From: Candidatus Fokinia solitaria
GTDB lineage: Bacteria; Pseudomonadota; Alphaproteobacteria; Rickettsiales; Midichloriaceae
Direction: 5' to 3'
DNA length: 64,000 nucleotides
Assembly (NCBI GenBank): GCA_943325105.2
Contig: CALPOD020000004.1
Coordinates: 3,272 to 67,271, forward strand
This document shows, piece by piece, positions 37,979 to 47,736 of this stretch. The translations under genes and the position numbers were made by a program. Under the pieces are notes generated by a model. The model was not told the DNA's origin. It saw only the letters and a list, made by a program, of their open reading frames with translations, and ran no database searches. Numbering within the stretch: position 1 is the first letter of the stretch; each line of letters starts with the position of its first letter.

Positions 37979-40084
37979 TTATATTTGCCCTACGGTCTTT
38001 ATTTTAGCCTTTGGATATACTTCATTTTGAGACATCACAACAAGATTCGGTTTGAACCTCTCTATGATTGATCTAACATATGGACGCAAGATAGGTGAAG
38101 TTAAAAGCACAGGATATTCACCACTAGCATTTTGTTTATCAAACTCATTACCTACTGACACAACAAATTCATGTAGTCTGCTAGGTGGCATTATGAGTTG
38201 TTTATTATCAGAATCACCAACAATATTTTCGACAAAGGTTTGCTCCCAGACAGGTGATAAAACTACTATCGGGATATATCCTTTTAAATTCATATTAGAC
38301 TGACAGATTTGTTTAGCCAACCTCATTCTGACGTGTTCAACAAGCTTACTAATATTTTTTGTTGATGCGCAGATCTCAGATACAGCCTCGATGATAGATG
38401 ATAAATCACGTATTGAAACACTTTCACTCAATAGAGATTGTAAAACCCTTTGTAAAGTAACAAGAGTAATATCAGTAGGGATTATTGTATCAATTAACTT
38501 TTTATGTTCTGATTGTAAATTATCAATTAACTTTTGTACTTCACCATAAGTCAACAGCTCTGTGATATTTTCTTTCACTAACTCTGTGAGATGTGTGATA
38601 ATTACAGTTGCAGGCTCTACAATAGTATACTCTTTGAACATTGCTTCTTCTCTTAATGATACATTGATCCATCTAGCATTGATTCCGAAAGCTGGATCCT
38701 TTACATCTTCACCTTCTATTGTAATTGCAGTACCCTTTGGATTCATTATCAATAAATACCCTGGACGAACAAAATTTTTACCAATCTCGACGTCTTTGAC
38801 TCTTATTACATACTCCTGATTACCTAACTGCATATTATCTTGTATTCTCACAGACGGCAGAATAAAGCCCATATCACGGGCTATCTGCTTCCTGAGATTC
38901 TTTACTTGATTAGGAAGTCTTAGCTCTTCAGGGCCATTTAAAAGAGCTATCAACTCATATCCTAATTCTATTTTTATCATATCAATCTGTAGAGATTGCA
39001 TGATGTTTTTGTCAGCTGCTATCTTTGCTTCATCTGGAGTGAGAGGCTTGTCTTGAGCTGCCTTGCTACTTAAAGCTTTTTTATTTTTATTTATAAAATA
39101 TGCACCTCCAGCACATACAGATGCAACTAAAAAAAACGGTATGAAAGGTATCCCTGGCATTACAACTCCCATAAAAAATAATAGACCAGCACTTATAGCA
39201 AGACTTTGCGGATAGTTACCTAATTGTTCAAAGATAGCCTTTTCAGTAGAACCATGTGTGCCTGATTTTGTTACTAATAAACCCGCAGCAATAGAAACTA
39301 TTAGTGCTGGTATTTGTGTGACCAGACCATCACCAATCGTTAATAAAGTATAAGTATGAAGAGCTTGTGCGAATGTCATATCCTTTTGAACGATACCTAT
39401 CAACATTCCACCTATGAAATTAATAAATGTTATTAGTAACCCTGCTATTGCATCTCCCCTAACAAACTTATTAGCACCATCCATAGCACCATAAAACGTG
39501 CTTTCATCTTCTAGATCTTTTCTGCGCTGTTTAGCTTCATCATCTTTTATAATACCAGCTGAAAGGTCTGCATCGATTGACATTTGCTTACCTGGCATAG
39601 CATCTAAACTGAATCGTGCTGCAACCTCGGCAATCCTTCCAGAACCTTTAGTGATAACTATGAAATTGATAATTGTAAGGATACCAAAAACAATTGCACC
39701 AATCACTATTGAACCTTCCATTACAAAGTGACCAAATGCTTCTACGACATGTCCAGCAGCATCAGTACCTAAGTGTCCATGTGCAAGAATAAGCCTTGTA
39801 GTGGATATATTGAGTGCTAACCTCAGCATAGTCACAACAAGTAAAACACTAGGAAATGAATTAAAATCAAGCGATCTGTTTATGAAAAGTACTGTCATCA
39901 AAATCAGTACTGCAAAGCTTATTGAAATACTTAATAAAAAGTCAAGCAAAAGAGGTGGCACAGGGAATATCAGAACAGATATTATACACATAATACCCAT
40001 AGCAAATAATATATCCTTATGCTTTTTTGGTTGCTTTAAAGCATCTAAAATTCTTTCTTTTATTGAAAACACTTGTTCTTTCAT
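37979..40084 (-). CDS. flhA: flagellar export apparatus protein FlhA
   Basis: 701 aa, FHIPEP family: FPSVLLVVTMLRLALNISTTRLIL, the GAMDGANKFVRGDAIAG motif, and a large cytoplasmic C-terminal domain. Confidence 0.95.
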   Translation of the reverse strand: MKEQVFSIKERILDALKQPKKHKDILFAMGIMCIISVLIFPVPPLLLDFLLSISISFAVLILMTVLFINRSLDFNSFPSVLLVVTMLRLALNISTTRLILAHGHLGTDAAGHVVEAFGHFVMEGSIVIGAIVFGILTIINFIVITKGSGRIAEVAARFSLDAMPGKQMSIDADLSAGIIKDDEAKQRRKDLEDESTFYGAMDGANKFVRGDAIAGLLITFINFIGGMLIGIVQKDMTFAQALHTYTLLTIGDGLVTQIPALIVSIAAGLLVTKSGTHGSTEKAIFEQLGNYPQSLAISAGLLFFMGVVMPGIPFIPFFLVASVCAGGAYFINKNKKALSSKAAQDKPLTPDEAKIAADKNIMQSLQIDMIKIELGYELIALLNGPEELRLPNQVKNLRKQIARDMGFILPSVRIQDNMQLGNQEYVIRVKDVEIGKNFVRPGYLLIMNPKGTAITIEGEDVKDPAFGINARWINVSLREEAMFKEYTIVEPATVIITHLTELVKENITELLTYGEVQKLIDNLQSEHKKLIDTIIPTDITLVTLQRVLQSLLSESVSIRDLSSIIEAVSEICASTKNISKLVEHVRMRLAKQICQSNMNLKGYIPIVVLSPVWEQTFVENIVGDSDNKQLIMPPSRLHEFVVSVGNEFDKQNASGEYPVLLTSPILRPYVRSIIERFKPNLVVMSQNEVYPKAKIKTVGQI

Positions 40085-40135
40085 GCCCTTGCTGAAATTG
40101 AAAAACTATTTGAATTATTTATAACACATGAAATT

Positions 40136-42442
40136 TTAATTTGTATAAAAAGTCTTAAGTAACCATGACTTTAACATTGAATATCGCTTTTCAGTTCTAT
40201 TGCTTTTAATTGCCATAGCTATAGCTTTTTTCTGCCCAATCATTATAAGTCTCTTTTTTGCCCTTGTAATACCCGTGTAAAGCAAGTTTTTATTCAGCAT
40301 TATAAAATGTTGAGTTAATACTGGCATTATCACTGTATGATATTCAGAACCTTGTGATTTATGAATAGTTATAGCATATGCCAAAGATATTTGATCTAGT
40401 TCATTCATCTCATATTTTACATCTAACCCATCAAAATTTATTATAATCTCTTGATCTTCTTTATCTATTTTAACTATGAAACCAATGTCACCATTAAAAA
40501 CTCCTTTGTTATAATTATTTTCTGTTTGAATAACTTTATCATTTATACAATATTTAATACCGAAATGCTCTACATAATCTTGCTCTAAGCCATCGCTATT
40601 TAGCAAAGATTGTAAGATTGGATTGATTGCTTTCACACCTACAGAACCCCTCTGCATAGGCGTCAAAAGCTGAACATCAGCTACCATGTCTTTTGACTGT
40701 CTTTGCATTATCTCTTTGATCTTTTCGATAGCAGCCACATCATCATCAACTGCAATGAACTCAAAATCACTCTTTTGATCAACCTCTCCAAGATATGGGA
40801 TTTGACCATTATTGACCATATGTGCATTAGTGATGATTCTGCTATGTTTAGCCTGTCTGAAAACTTGATTTAATTTTACAGTAGATATTACATCTGAGTT
40901 GATAATATCTGATAAAATCTGCCCTGGGCCGATTGATGGAAGCTGATCAACATCTCCTACAATTATAAGAGTGACACTTCTTGGAAGGGCTTTTAAAATT
41001 GAATTCATAATTTGAATATCTATCATAGATGACTCATCCAGGACTATCAAATCACATTTAAGGTAGTTTGTATCATTGTATTTAAAACCCCCTTGAGATG
41101 GATCAAATTCAAGCATTCTGTGAATTGTTGATGAAAAAGCCCCACTACTTTCAGAAATCCTCTTCGCAGCCCTTCCAGTCGGAGCTGCTAACTTTATTTG
41201 TATTGTCCCAATTGTTTGCTGAGACATTTTAGCAATTTTTATTATAGAATTTATAAGGGTAGTTTTACCTGTACCAGGACCACCAGTAATAACTAATACT
41301 TTATTTGTATTTAACTTCTTAATTGCCTCTCTTTGAACATCTGCAAGGTTTATGTAATGCTTTTCTTTCAGCTGATCTATAGCAGCATCTAAATCTATTC
41401 CATGAAAAATTGATTGCCCAGTTTTTGCTATTGCTAATATTTTTTCAGCAACATTCTTTTCCATGAAGAAAAATGGTTTGTAAAATAATAATGGATCGAG
41501 AAAACAAAACCTATCAGCATCAAAAGTTTCATTATTCAATCCAAAAACCATCTGCCCATTAAGGTCCTCACGAGCACTAATCGTCATGCATTTTGGATCA
41601 TCTGGAAGCATCGCTATAACTCTTTCAGACAAGATCGTATGATGAATAACTTTTTCTATTAGATGTTTTTCAACTTTCAGTATTTCTTGTGCTTTATCAA
41701 GTAAAACACTCATTGGCAGTGCACAAGAGCCAGATGTGGTAGCATTTAATAGAGTATGTTCTATCCCTGCAGATATTCTCTTGTCATCATCAACCTTTAT
41801 ACCTAGATTTATAGCAATTTTATCTGCTGAAAGGAATCCTATGCCTTTGATATCTCTTGCCATGGCATAAGGGTTCTCACGTAATATGTTTATGGCTGAG
41901 TCTCCATAATTATTATATATTTTTGCTGCTAAATTTACTGTGACGTCATGAGATTGTAGAAATAACATCATCTCCTTGATTTTTAAGCTATCTTCCCAGT
42001 TTTTAGCTATTCTTTCTGCTTTGTCTTGATTTATTCCTCTGATCTGAGTTAACTCATGTGGAGATTTTTCTATGACATCTATTGCTCTTTCACCAAACAT
42101 CTCAACGATATTTTGAGCAGTCTTAGGACCTATGCCTTTTATTACTCCTGAACCAAGATATTTTTGAATTCCAGAAATACTCTTAGGAAGCATTACTTGT
42201 ACTTCATTGGCTTTGAATTGCATTCCATACTTAGGATTCTGCTGCCAAATTCCAGATGCACTTATAACCTCACCCACACTCAAATTTATCGGTGTAGCTC
42301 CAGTAACTGGAACATTTGCTTTATGCCCTTTGACTTTTACTTTACATACAAAAAAACCATTTTCATTATTTCTATAAGTAATGATTTCAATCGTACCAGT
42401 AATTGTTTCAATATTTTGTTCAGAATTAATCATTTTATTCAA
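40136..42442 (-). CDS. recD2: RecD2-like SF1 ATP-dependent DNA helicase
   Basis: N-terminal OB and HhH modules, Walker A GGPGTGKTT, DESSMID, VGDVDQLPSIGPG, TIHKSQGSE, YTGITRAK. Confidence 0.85.
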   Translation of the reverse strand: MNKMINSEQNIETITGTIEIITYRNNENGFFVCKVKVKGHKANVPVTGATPINLSVGEVISASGIWQQNPKYGMQFKANEVQVMLPKSISGIQKYLGSGVIKGIGPKTAQNIVEMFGERAIDVIEKSPHELTQIRGINQDKAERIAKNWEDSLKIKEMMLFLQSHDVTVNLAAKIYNNYGDSAINILRENPYAMARDIKGIGFLSADKIAINLGIKVDDDKRISAGIEHTLLNATTSGSCALPMSVLLDKAQEILKVEKHLIEKVIHHTILSERVIAMLPDDPKCMTISAREDLNGQMVFGLNNETFDADRFCFLDPLLFYKPFFFMEKNVAEKILAIAKTGQSIFHGIDLDAAIDQLKEKHYINLADVQREAIKKLNTNKVLVITGGPGTGKTTLINSIIKIAKMSQQTIGTIQIKLAAPTGRAAKRISESSGAFSSTIHRMLEFDPSQGGFKYNDTNYLKCDLIVLDESSMIDIQIMNSILKALPRSVTLIIVGDVDQLPSIGPGQILSDIINSDVISTVKLNQVFRQAKHSRIITNAHMVNNGQIPYLGEVDQKSDFEFIAVDDDVAAIEKIKEIMQRQSKDMVADVQLLTPMQRGSVGVKAINPILQSLLNSDGLEQDYVEHFGIKYCINDKVIQTENNYNKGVFNGDIGFIVKIDKEDQEIIINFDGLDVKYEMNELDQISLAYAITIHKSQGSEYHTVIMPVLTQHFIMLNKNLLYTGITRAKKRLIMIGQKKAIAMAIKSNRTEKRYSMLKSWLLKTFYTN

Positions 42443-42965
42443 TTACGTCAAATATACTGCCAGATTTTTTATTAATTGATTTTTTTGATGATTTTTTAGT
42501 GAATGCATCATCATCAACTTGTGGTATTTGAATCTGCTTTTTCTTTACAGGCTCAGGTGCTTTCTTCAAATTCTTTTCAGAAATATTTTCAATTTTCTGT
42601 ATATTTTGCTGAGGTTTCTTCTCAATTACTTGTTGCTTACTTTTAACTATTTTTAATATTTCTTCCTGAATACCTTTATCTTTTGTCTTTTCACTATTAG
42701 TTATATTTTCTTCCACAGGAATTTCAAATTTCTTAATTCCACTATAATATATACTAAGGTCATGTAGAGAGCTATCTTCATTCTTTATTTCAATATGCTT
42801 TACAGCACAGCTTTGTTTTGTAAATAATGGAAGCTCTCCTAATGGAATAATTTTTACAGATTTATCATATGCAATTACTGCACACCAATATAGAAAAATT
42901 ATACTAAATAAAAGGAATATATAGTTTAAGGTCTGCATTGAAATGACAATCAGCTCATAATTCAT
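42435..42965 (-). CDS. hypothetical single-pass membrane protein with a Lys-rich tail
   Basis: I chose the internal start MNYELIVISMQ..., which overlaps the tatA stop by 11 nt. One TM segment (YIFLLFSIIFLYWCAVIAY), then a K/E/Q-rich C-terminus. The track start at 43031 would lie deep inside tatA. Confidence 0.45.
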   Translation of the reverse strand: MNYELIVISMQTLNYIFLLFSIIFLYWCAVIAYDKSVKIIPLGELPLFTKQSCAVKHIEIKNEDSSLHDLSIYYSGIKKFEIPVEENITNSEKTKDKGIQEEILKIVKSKQQVIEKKPQQNIQKIENISEKNLKKAPEPVKKKQIQIPQVDDDAFTKKSSKKSINKKSGSIFDVIE

Positions 42966-43158
42966 TTTTTTTGTCGGGGCTTTGTGGTGGAGTCGATAAA
43001 TCATTTGCATGTACATCCTGAGTCCCCCCATTCATAGCATCTCTAAAGGCCTTTAATCCCTTCCCCATTTCACCCATAACTTTTGGTAACTTACCAACTC
43101 CAAATAAAATTAATACTAGAAATAATATTAAAATTAGCTCACCTATTCTACCTGACAT
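42955..43158 (-). CDS. tatA: twin-arginine translocase subunit TatA/E
   Basis: From the internal Met: MSGRIGELILILFLVLILFGVGKLPKVMGEMGKGLKAFRDAM, the canonical TatA TM segment plus amphipathic helix. Confidence 0.85.
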   Translation of the reverse strand: MSGRIGELILILFLVLILFGVGKLPKVMGEMGKGLKAFRDAMNGGTQDVHANDLSTPPQSPDKKNEL

Positions 43159-43262
43159 AATATTACACTTTTTTGCATTTTTTATCATTATGTGATAATT
43201 TCTATATATAAATAAAAGTACAAAAAATTATCATCTTTCAGTATACGACGCAGCAAGTACTC

Positions 43263-43811
43263 ATGTCAAATTCATATTCAAAAATCGCACATTCATATTC
43301 TAAAGCTTTCTTAGCAGTAAACAAAGATATAAAGCTTTTACAAAGCTCAATTGACCAGTTAAAATCTATTTATAATGCATTTATCTCAGGGTCTAAAATG
43401 GGTGAGTATTTGCTTAATAGATGGACATCTATCAAAGAAAAAGTCTCCTTATGGCAACAAATATCAAATTGTATCTCAATAAACAAGGATGTATCACACC
43501 TCATCGATGTTATGATAACAAATAATAGATTGAATATTCTGTATGACATCATTTATTTTATTGAAAAATATTTAAATGAAAAAGATGGTGTTATAAAGAT
43601 TATTGTGAAGATCAGTTGTGATATCGATGAAAAAATGAAAGATTCATTAATGAGTGAGTGTGAAAATATATTCAAGACCAAAGTAATTCCAGAATTCAAA
43701 ACAGATGAAGCAATCCTAGGTGGATTGATAATCTCTAATGAGATGTACATTGTAGACCTTTCATTGCAAAGAAAAATTAAAACTTTAAAAAAAGCATTTA
43801 ACATTTCCTAA
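43263..43811 (+). CDS. atpH: F0F1 ATP synthase subunit delta (OSCP)
   Basis: IAHSYSKAF N-terminus, NNRLNILYDIIYFIEKY, and the C-terminal DEAILGGLIISNEMYIVDLSLQRKIKTLKKAF pattern of AtpH. Confidence 0.78.
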   Translation: MSNSYSKIAHSYSKAFLAVNKDIKLLQSSIDQLKSIYNAFISGSKMGEYLLNRWTSIKEKVSLWQQISNCISINKDVSHLIDVMITNNRLNILYDIIYFIEKYLNEKDGVIKIIVKISCDIDEKMKDSLMSECENIFKTKVIPEFKTDEAILGGLIISNEMYIVDLSLQRKIKTLKKAFNIS

Positions 43812-43820
43812 TGTAATTCG

Positions 43821-44630
43821 ATGGATTTTATAAAAGCTCTGCTATTAGTTACTGACCCTAAGATTGCAGCACTTATGCTATCAATTTTTTACGTATTGTA
43901 TGGCATATATGAAAAGAGACTTGTTAATCTCATGTTTGTCTTTATATTCATTAGTGGTTGTCTTAATACATATTTAAAATTTATTTTCAAAGTCTCACTT
44001 AATCATTCTTTAAATAATCATTGTTGGTATGCGTTTCCAAGTGGACATATGCAATATGGAATAGTTTTCTGGGGCATGTTATGGATTAACAGTAATTTTA
44101 ACAAGAGGCTGTTTGTATTGTTTTCTGTATTACTTGTTAGCAGTGGCATAGCGATGAATTGTAATAATTATCATAGCGCATTTGAAATGCTGGGTGCATT
44201 GCCTGCTGCAGCAATCATTTTATTTCTCTATAAATATTCATTAAAAACAATTGATCTCAGTAAGAATAATCTACTAAATTTAAACTCTGTAAGTATTACC
44301 TTACAACTCATTACTCTATATATTATAGAATCACCCTGTGTAACATATAAATTCAATTGGATGTGGTTAAATTTGGGTTTAAACCTAGGATTTGTATTAA
44401 ACTCATTTTTTTATAAAAATAAGATTGTAAGTAAAATACCATTAGAAATAACTCACAAATCAAAAACTCTAAAATCATACTTTTTATCTGCACTAGTAAT
44501 ATTATTATTAATAATCTCACAACAGCTCGTATTTAAATCATCAATGTTTGAACTAAGTTGCTTTTATGGTATTATTATCCCTCCGATTTTGCTTGTAATT
44601 TCTAATATCAAGATCAAAATAATAAAATAA
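43821..44630 (+). CDS. polytopic membrane protein, degenerate PAP2-like
   Basis: About 8 hydrophobic segments. PSGH motif (AFPSGHMQYG) and a downstream YHSAFEMLGA, but motif 1 (KxxxxxxRP) and the Arg of motif 3 are not evident. Confidence 0.45.
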   Translation: MDFIKALLLVTDPKIAALMLSIFYVLYGIYEKRLVNLMFVFIFISGCLNTYLKFIFKVSLNHSLNNHCWYAFPSGHMQYGIVFWGMLWINSNFNKRLFVLFSVLLVSSGIAMNCNNYHSAFEMLGALPAAAIILFLYKYSLKTIDLSKNNLLNLNSVSITLQLITLYIIESPCVTYKFNWMWLNLGLNLGFVLNSFFYKNKIVSKIPLEITHKSKTLKSYFLSALVILLLIISQQLVFKSSMFELSCFYGIIIPPILLVISNIKIKIIK

Positions 44631-44647
44631 ACAAATTTAATGTAGAG

Positions 44648-45967
44648 ATGAAAGAATTCTTTGGAATACTTGAGCAAATTAATTCAATTTTATGGGATTA
44701 TATTGGAATATTTTTTATTATACTGATAGGCTCATATTTCACAATCAAGAATAAATTCTTTCAAGTCTCAATTCTAATAAGGCCTAGAAAATATATAGGG
44801 GAACTTTTAAGCTGTGTAGAAAAAGGGAAACAAGGCATTCATCCTATAAAACTATATTTTTCATCTGTTGGTGGGATGGTTGGATTAGGTAATCTTGTTG
44901 CAGTAACAACAGTTGTAACTTTAGGAGGGCCTGGAGGGGTTGTCTGGATGTGGTTAGCATCTTTCATAGGTATGATTGTAAAATACTCAGAAATATACCT
45001 TGGAATTAAATATAGGGTTAAGACAAAAGACGGATATGATGGTGGCCCAATGTATTTTTTACAAGAAGCTTTCAAAGGCAATAAATTAAAACTCGACAAA
45101 ATACTCCCACTTATTGTTTGTTTATTGCTTTGTATATATGGAGCTGAAGTATCTCAGTTTTTAATTATTACAGATACATTTGTCGATACATTTGATATTG
45201 ATAGAATAATTTTTATAGGAGTTCTACTAATTCTAGTGATAATGAGTGCTGTAGGTGGGGTGCAAAGACTTTCTTTAATATGCTCCATACTTATGCCACC
45301 TTTTATGATTTCTTATGTAATGCTAGGTTTATGGATTATTTTTACAAATGCTAATCTTATACCAGGAATTTTCCATGAGATTTTCTCAGATGCCTTCACT
45401 TTTAAATCTTCTGCTACAGGTGTGATAGGTGGAAATATTCTCTTAGCTATGCACCAAGGGATCACAAAAGCTGTATATTCAGGAGATATAGGTATCGGTT
45501 ATGATTCAATAGTTCAAAGTGAAACTCAAACAACTCATCCCGAAAGACAAGCAAGATTGGCAATATTTGCTCTATTTTCAGATACAGTAATCTGTACAAT
45601 TACGATACTAATCCTTTTCATTACTGGCGTCGTAAATTTAGAGGGTATAAAATCATCCGAATACATAATCCATGCAATTTCACAATACCTTCCAAGGAGT
45701 GATTTATATATAGCGTTTCTTTTCTTTATAGCTGGTTTCACAACAATAATAGGGTATCTTGTAGTAGGTCAGAAATGCGCACAATTTTTGAGTAAAAAAT
45801 TTGGTAAAATAGTTTATATTGCATATGCAATCATAGCATTCATTGTATTCTCATTTCATAATCAAGCTGATGTTATGTTAATCATGAGTATTTCTGGAGG
45901 TCTTTTGATGATAATAAACCTCACAGGTGTGTTTTTATTGAGAAAAGAGATAAAGTTTTATAAATAA
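44648..45967 (+). CDS. alanine/glycine:cation symporter (AGCS family)
   Basis: GGPGGVVWMWLASFIGMIVKYSE and GGPMYF motifs. 439 aa and polytopic. Confidence 0.85.
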   Translation: MKEFFGILEQINSILWDYIGIFFIILIGSYFTIKNKFFQVSILIRPRKYIGELLSCVEKGKQGIHPIKLYFSSVGGMVGLGNLVAVTTVVTLGGPGGVVWMWLASFIGMIVKYSEIYLGIKYRVKTKDGYDGGPMYFLQEAFKGNKLKLDKILPLIVCLLLCIYGAEVSQFLIITDTFVDTFDIDRIIFIGVLLILVIMSAVGGVQRLSLICSILMPPFMISYVMLGLWIIFTNANLIPGIFHEIFSDAFTFKSSATGVIGGNILLAMHQGITKAVYSGDIGIGYDSIVQSETQTTHPERQARLAIFALFSDTVICTITILILFITGVVNLEGIKSSEYIIHAISQYLPRSDLYIAFLFFIAGFTTIIGYLVVGQKCAQFLSKKFGKIVYIAYAIIAFIVFSFHNQADVMLIMSISGGLLMIINLTGVFLLRKEIKFYK

Positions 45968-46034
45968 ATTTCTATCATCCTTTGACACCTCTTGTGTGTC
46001 GCAATTATTTGATGTAATATACCACATATAACTT

Positions 46035-46110
46035 GGGTGGTTAGCTCAGCTGGTAGAGCATCTCGTTTACACCGAGGAGGTCGGCAGTTCGACCCTGTCA
46101 CCACCCACCA
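46035..46110 (+). tRNA. tRNA-Val (anticodon UAC), CCA encoded
   Basis: GGGTGGTTAGCTCAGCTGGTAGAGCATCTCGTTTACACCGAGGAGGTCGGCAGTTCGACCCTGTCACCACCCACCA. Anticodon loop is TTTACAC. Confidence 0.92.
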
Positions 46111-46121
46111 TATAAGTTTTA

Positions 46122-46198
46122 GGGGGCGTAGCTCAGCTGGTTAGAGTGCTGGCCTGTCACGCCGGAGGTCGCGGGTTCGAGTCCCGTCGCCCCCGCCA
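46122..46198 (+). tRNA. tRNA-Asp (anticodon GUC), CCA encoded
   Basis: GGGGGCGTAGCTCAGCTGGTTAGAGTGCTGGCCTGTCACGCCGGAGGTCGCGGGTTCGAGTCCCGTCGCCCCCGCCA. Anticodon loop is CTGTCAC. Confidence 0.92.
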
Positions 46199-46497
46199 TT
46201 ACTTTTTCTCATATAAACATCAAATTTTCGAAGCAATCTGATAAGAATCAATCAATAATAATTACTAGCAACTGCTATAAAGATTGCGATTATGTATTTA
46301 TCTGGTAAAAATATATCTTTATTCTCAAGCTATTTATCAAATTTTTAATCCACTTCAAGGCTTAGAGAATAGTAATAATGAAATTTTAATATAGGTTCTC
46401 AGAACTTTAGATGTACAATAAAAGTGTGCTTTATTGACATTCATTTTGAATGTGTCAGTATGTCTTTATTAAAATTCTATGTATTTAACAACAAGTT

Positions 46498-47736
46498 ATG
46501 GCAAAAAAGTTTAAGTTAAAGCTATGGCAAAAAATCATGATAGGAATGCTGCTTGGGATTTTATTAGGAGCAATTAATCCTTCTGTATTAGACCATAAAA
46601 TAGTAGATATTGTTGAGCCAATAGGAATTCTTTTCAGTAATATGCTCAAGATGATAGTAGTACCACTAATTTTCTGTGCAATCTTATATGGCATAACTAG
46701 CATCGATGATGCAGAAACCTTTAATAGATTAGGCGGTAAAGCTGTTGCAATATACAGCATTACAACAATCTTTGCAGTGACAATTGGAATTGTTTTTACA
46801 CTGATTTTCGAACCGGGTATAGGCGTTAAGATAACATTGCACAATGCTCCAGATTTAGGTGTTAATACTTCATTACGTGATATGTTATTGAATATTATTC
46901 CTTCAAATCCAATAAAGGCAATGGCTGACACACACACATTGCAAGTTGTTGTTTTTGCTTTCTTCCTTGGAGTGAGCATTATTTTAGCAGGTGAGAAAAG
47001 TAAAGATTTAAAATTAGTTATAGTCTCTACTACTCAGGTCATGTTTAAAATGGTTGAATTAGTATTAAAAACAGCACCTTATGGGGTCTTTGCAATAATG
47101 AGTGGAGTCATTTCCAAATATGGCATAGATGTTTTGGCATCTCTTATGAAGTTCGCAATGGTTGTAATAGCTGCCCTTGCTTTACAATATGTAGTCTTTG
47201 GCTTGATGTTATTTATTTTTGCTAAGATAAATCCATTGCCTTTTTATAAAAAGATGCTGCCAGTCCAGGCTTTAGCATTTGCTACATCAAGCAGTAAAGC
47301 AACATTACCAACAGCTATGCAACGTTTGCATAGAAATATAGGTGTTTCAAAACGCTCTGCATCATTCATTTTACCTCTTGGAGCTTCAATGAATATGGAT
47401 GCTACAGCAATATATCTTGGTGCAACAGCTGTATTTTTCTCTCAGGTGATGGGCATTACTCTAACTTTACATGATTATTTAATTATTGTAATTACATCTA
47501 CCATAGGATCAATAGGAGCCGCAGGATTTCCTGGTGGAAGCATTGTAATGATGGGCATTGTTTTATCATCTATTGGCTTACCAGTTGAAGGAATTTCACT
47601 TATAGTAGGAATAGACAGAATACTTGATATGTTACGTACAATGATTAATATTACTGGTGACTGTACAGTAACTTTAATTGTTGACAAGATGGAAGGTACA
47701 TTTGATGAACAAGTCTATAACAACAAAAATGCATGA
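46498..47736 (+). CDS. dicarboxylate/amino acid:cation symporter (DAACS, GltP-like)
   Basis: 412 aa with SSSKATLP, MNMDATAIY and GAAGFPGGSIVMM motifs. Confidence 0.9.
   Translation: MAKKFKLKLWQKIMIGMLLGILLGAINPSVLDHKIVDIVEPIGILFSNMLKMIVVPLIFCAILYGITSIDDAETFNRLGGKAVAIYSITTIFAVTIGIVFTLIFEPGIGVKITLHNAPDLGVNTSLRDMLLNIIPSNPIKAMADTHTLQVVVFAFFLGVSIILAGEKSKDLKLVIVSTTQVMFKMVELVLKTAPYGVFAIMSGVISKYGIDVLASLMKFAMVVIAALALQYVVFGLMLFIFAKINPLPFYKKMLPVQALAFATSSSKATLPTAMQRLHRNIGVSKRSASFILPLGASMNMDATAIYLGATAVFFSQVMGITLTLHDYLIIVITSTIGSIGAAGFPGGSIVMMGIVLSSIGLPVEGISLIVGIDRILDMLRTMINITGDCTVTLIVDKMEGTFDEQVYNNKNA

Noticed and set aside
46199-46497. 300-nt non-coding spacer after tRNA-Asp with imperfect inverted repeats (tattctcaagc...gcttagagaata; gacattca-tttt-gaatgtgtc). 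Considered as an sRNA, riboswitch or att site.
   Set aside because: The stems are short, imperfect and AT-rich. There is no conserved riboswitch core and no repeat of the tRNA 3' end. It is most simply the promoter and leader of the transporter gene.
46485-46979. 164-aa minus-strand ORF overlapping the 5' half of the DAACS transporter gene.
   Set aside because: The + strand ORF has clear transporter motifs over its full length. The antisense ORF is hydrophobic nonsense of the kind typically found opposite a membrane-protein gene.
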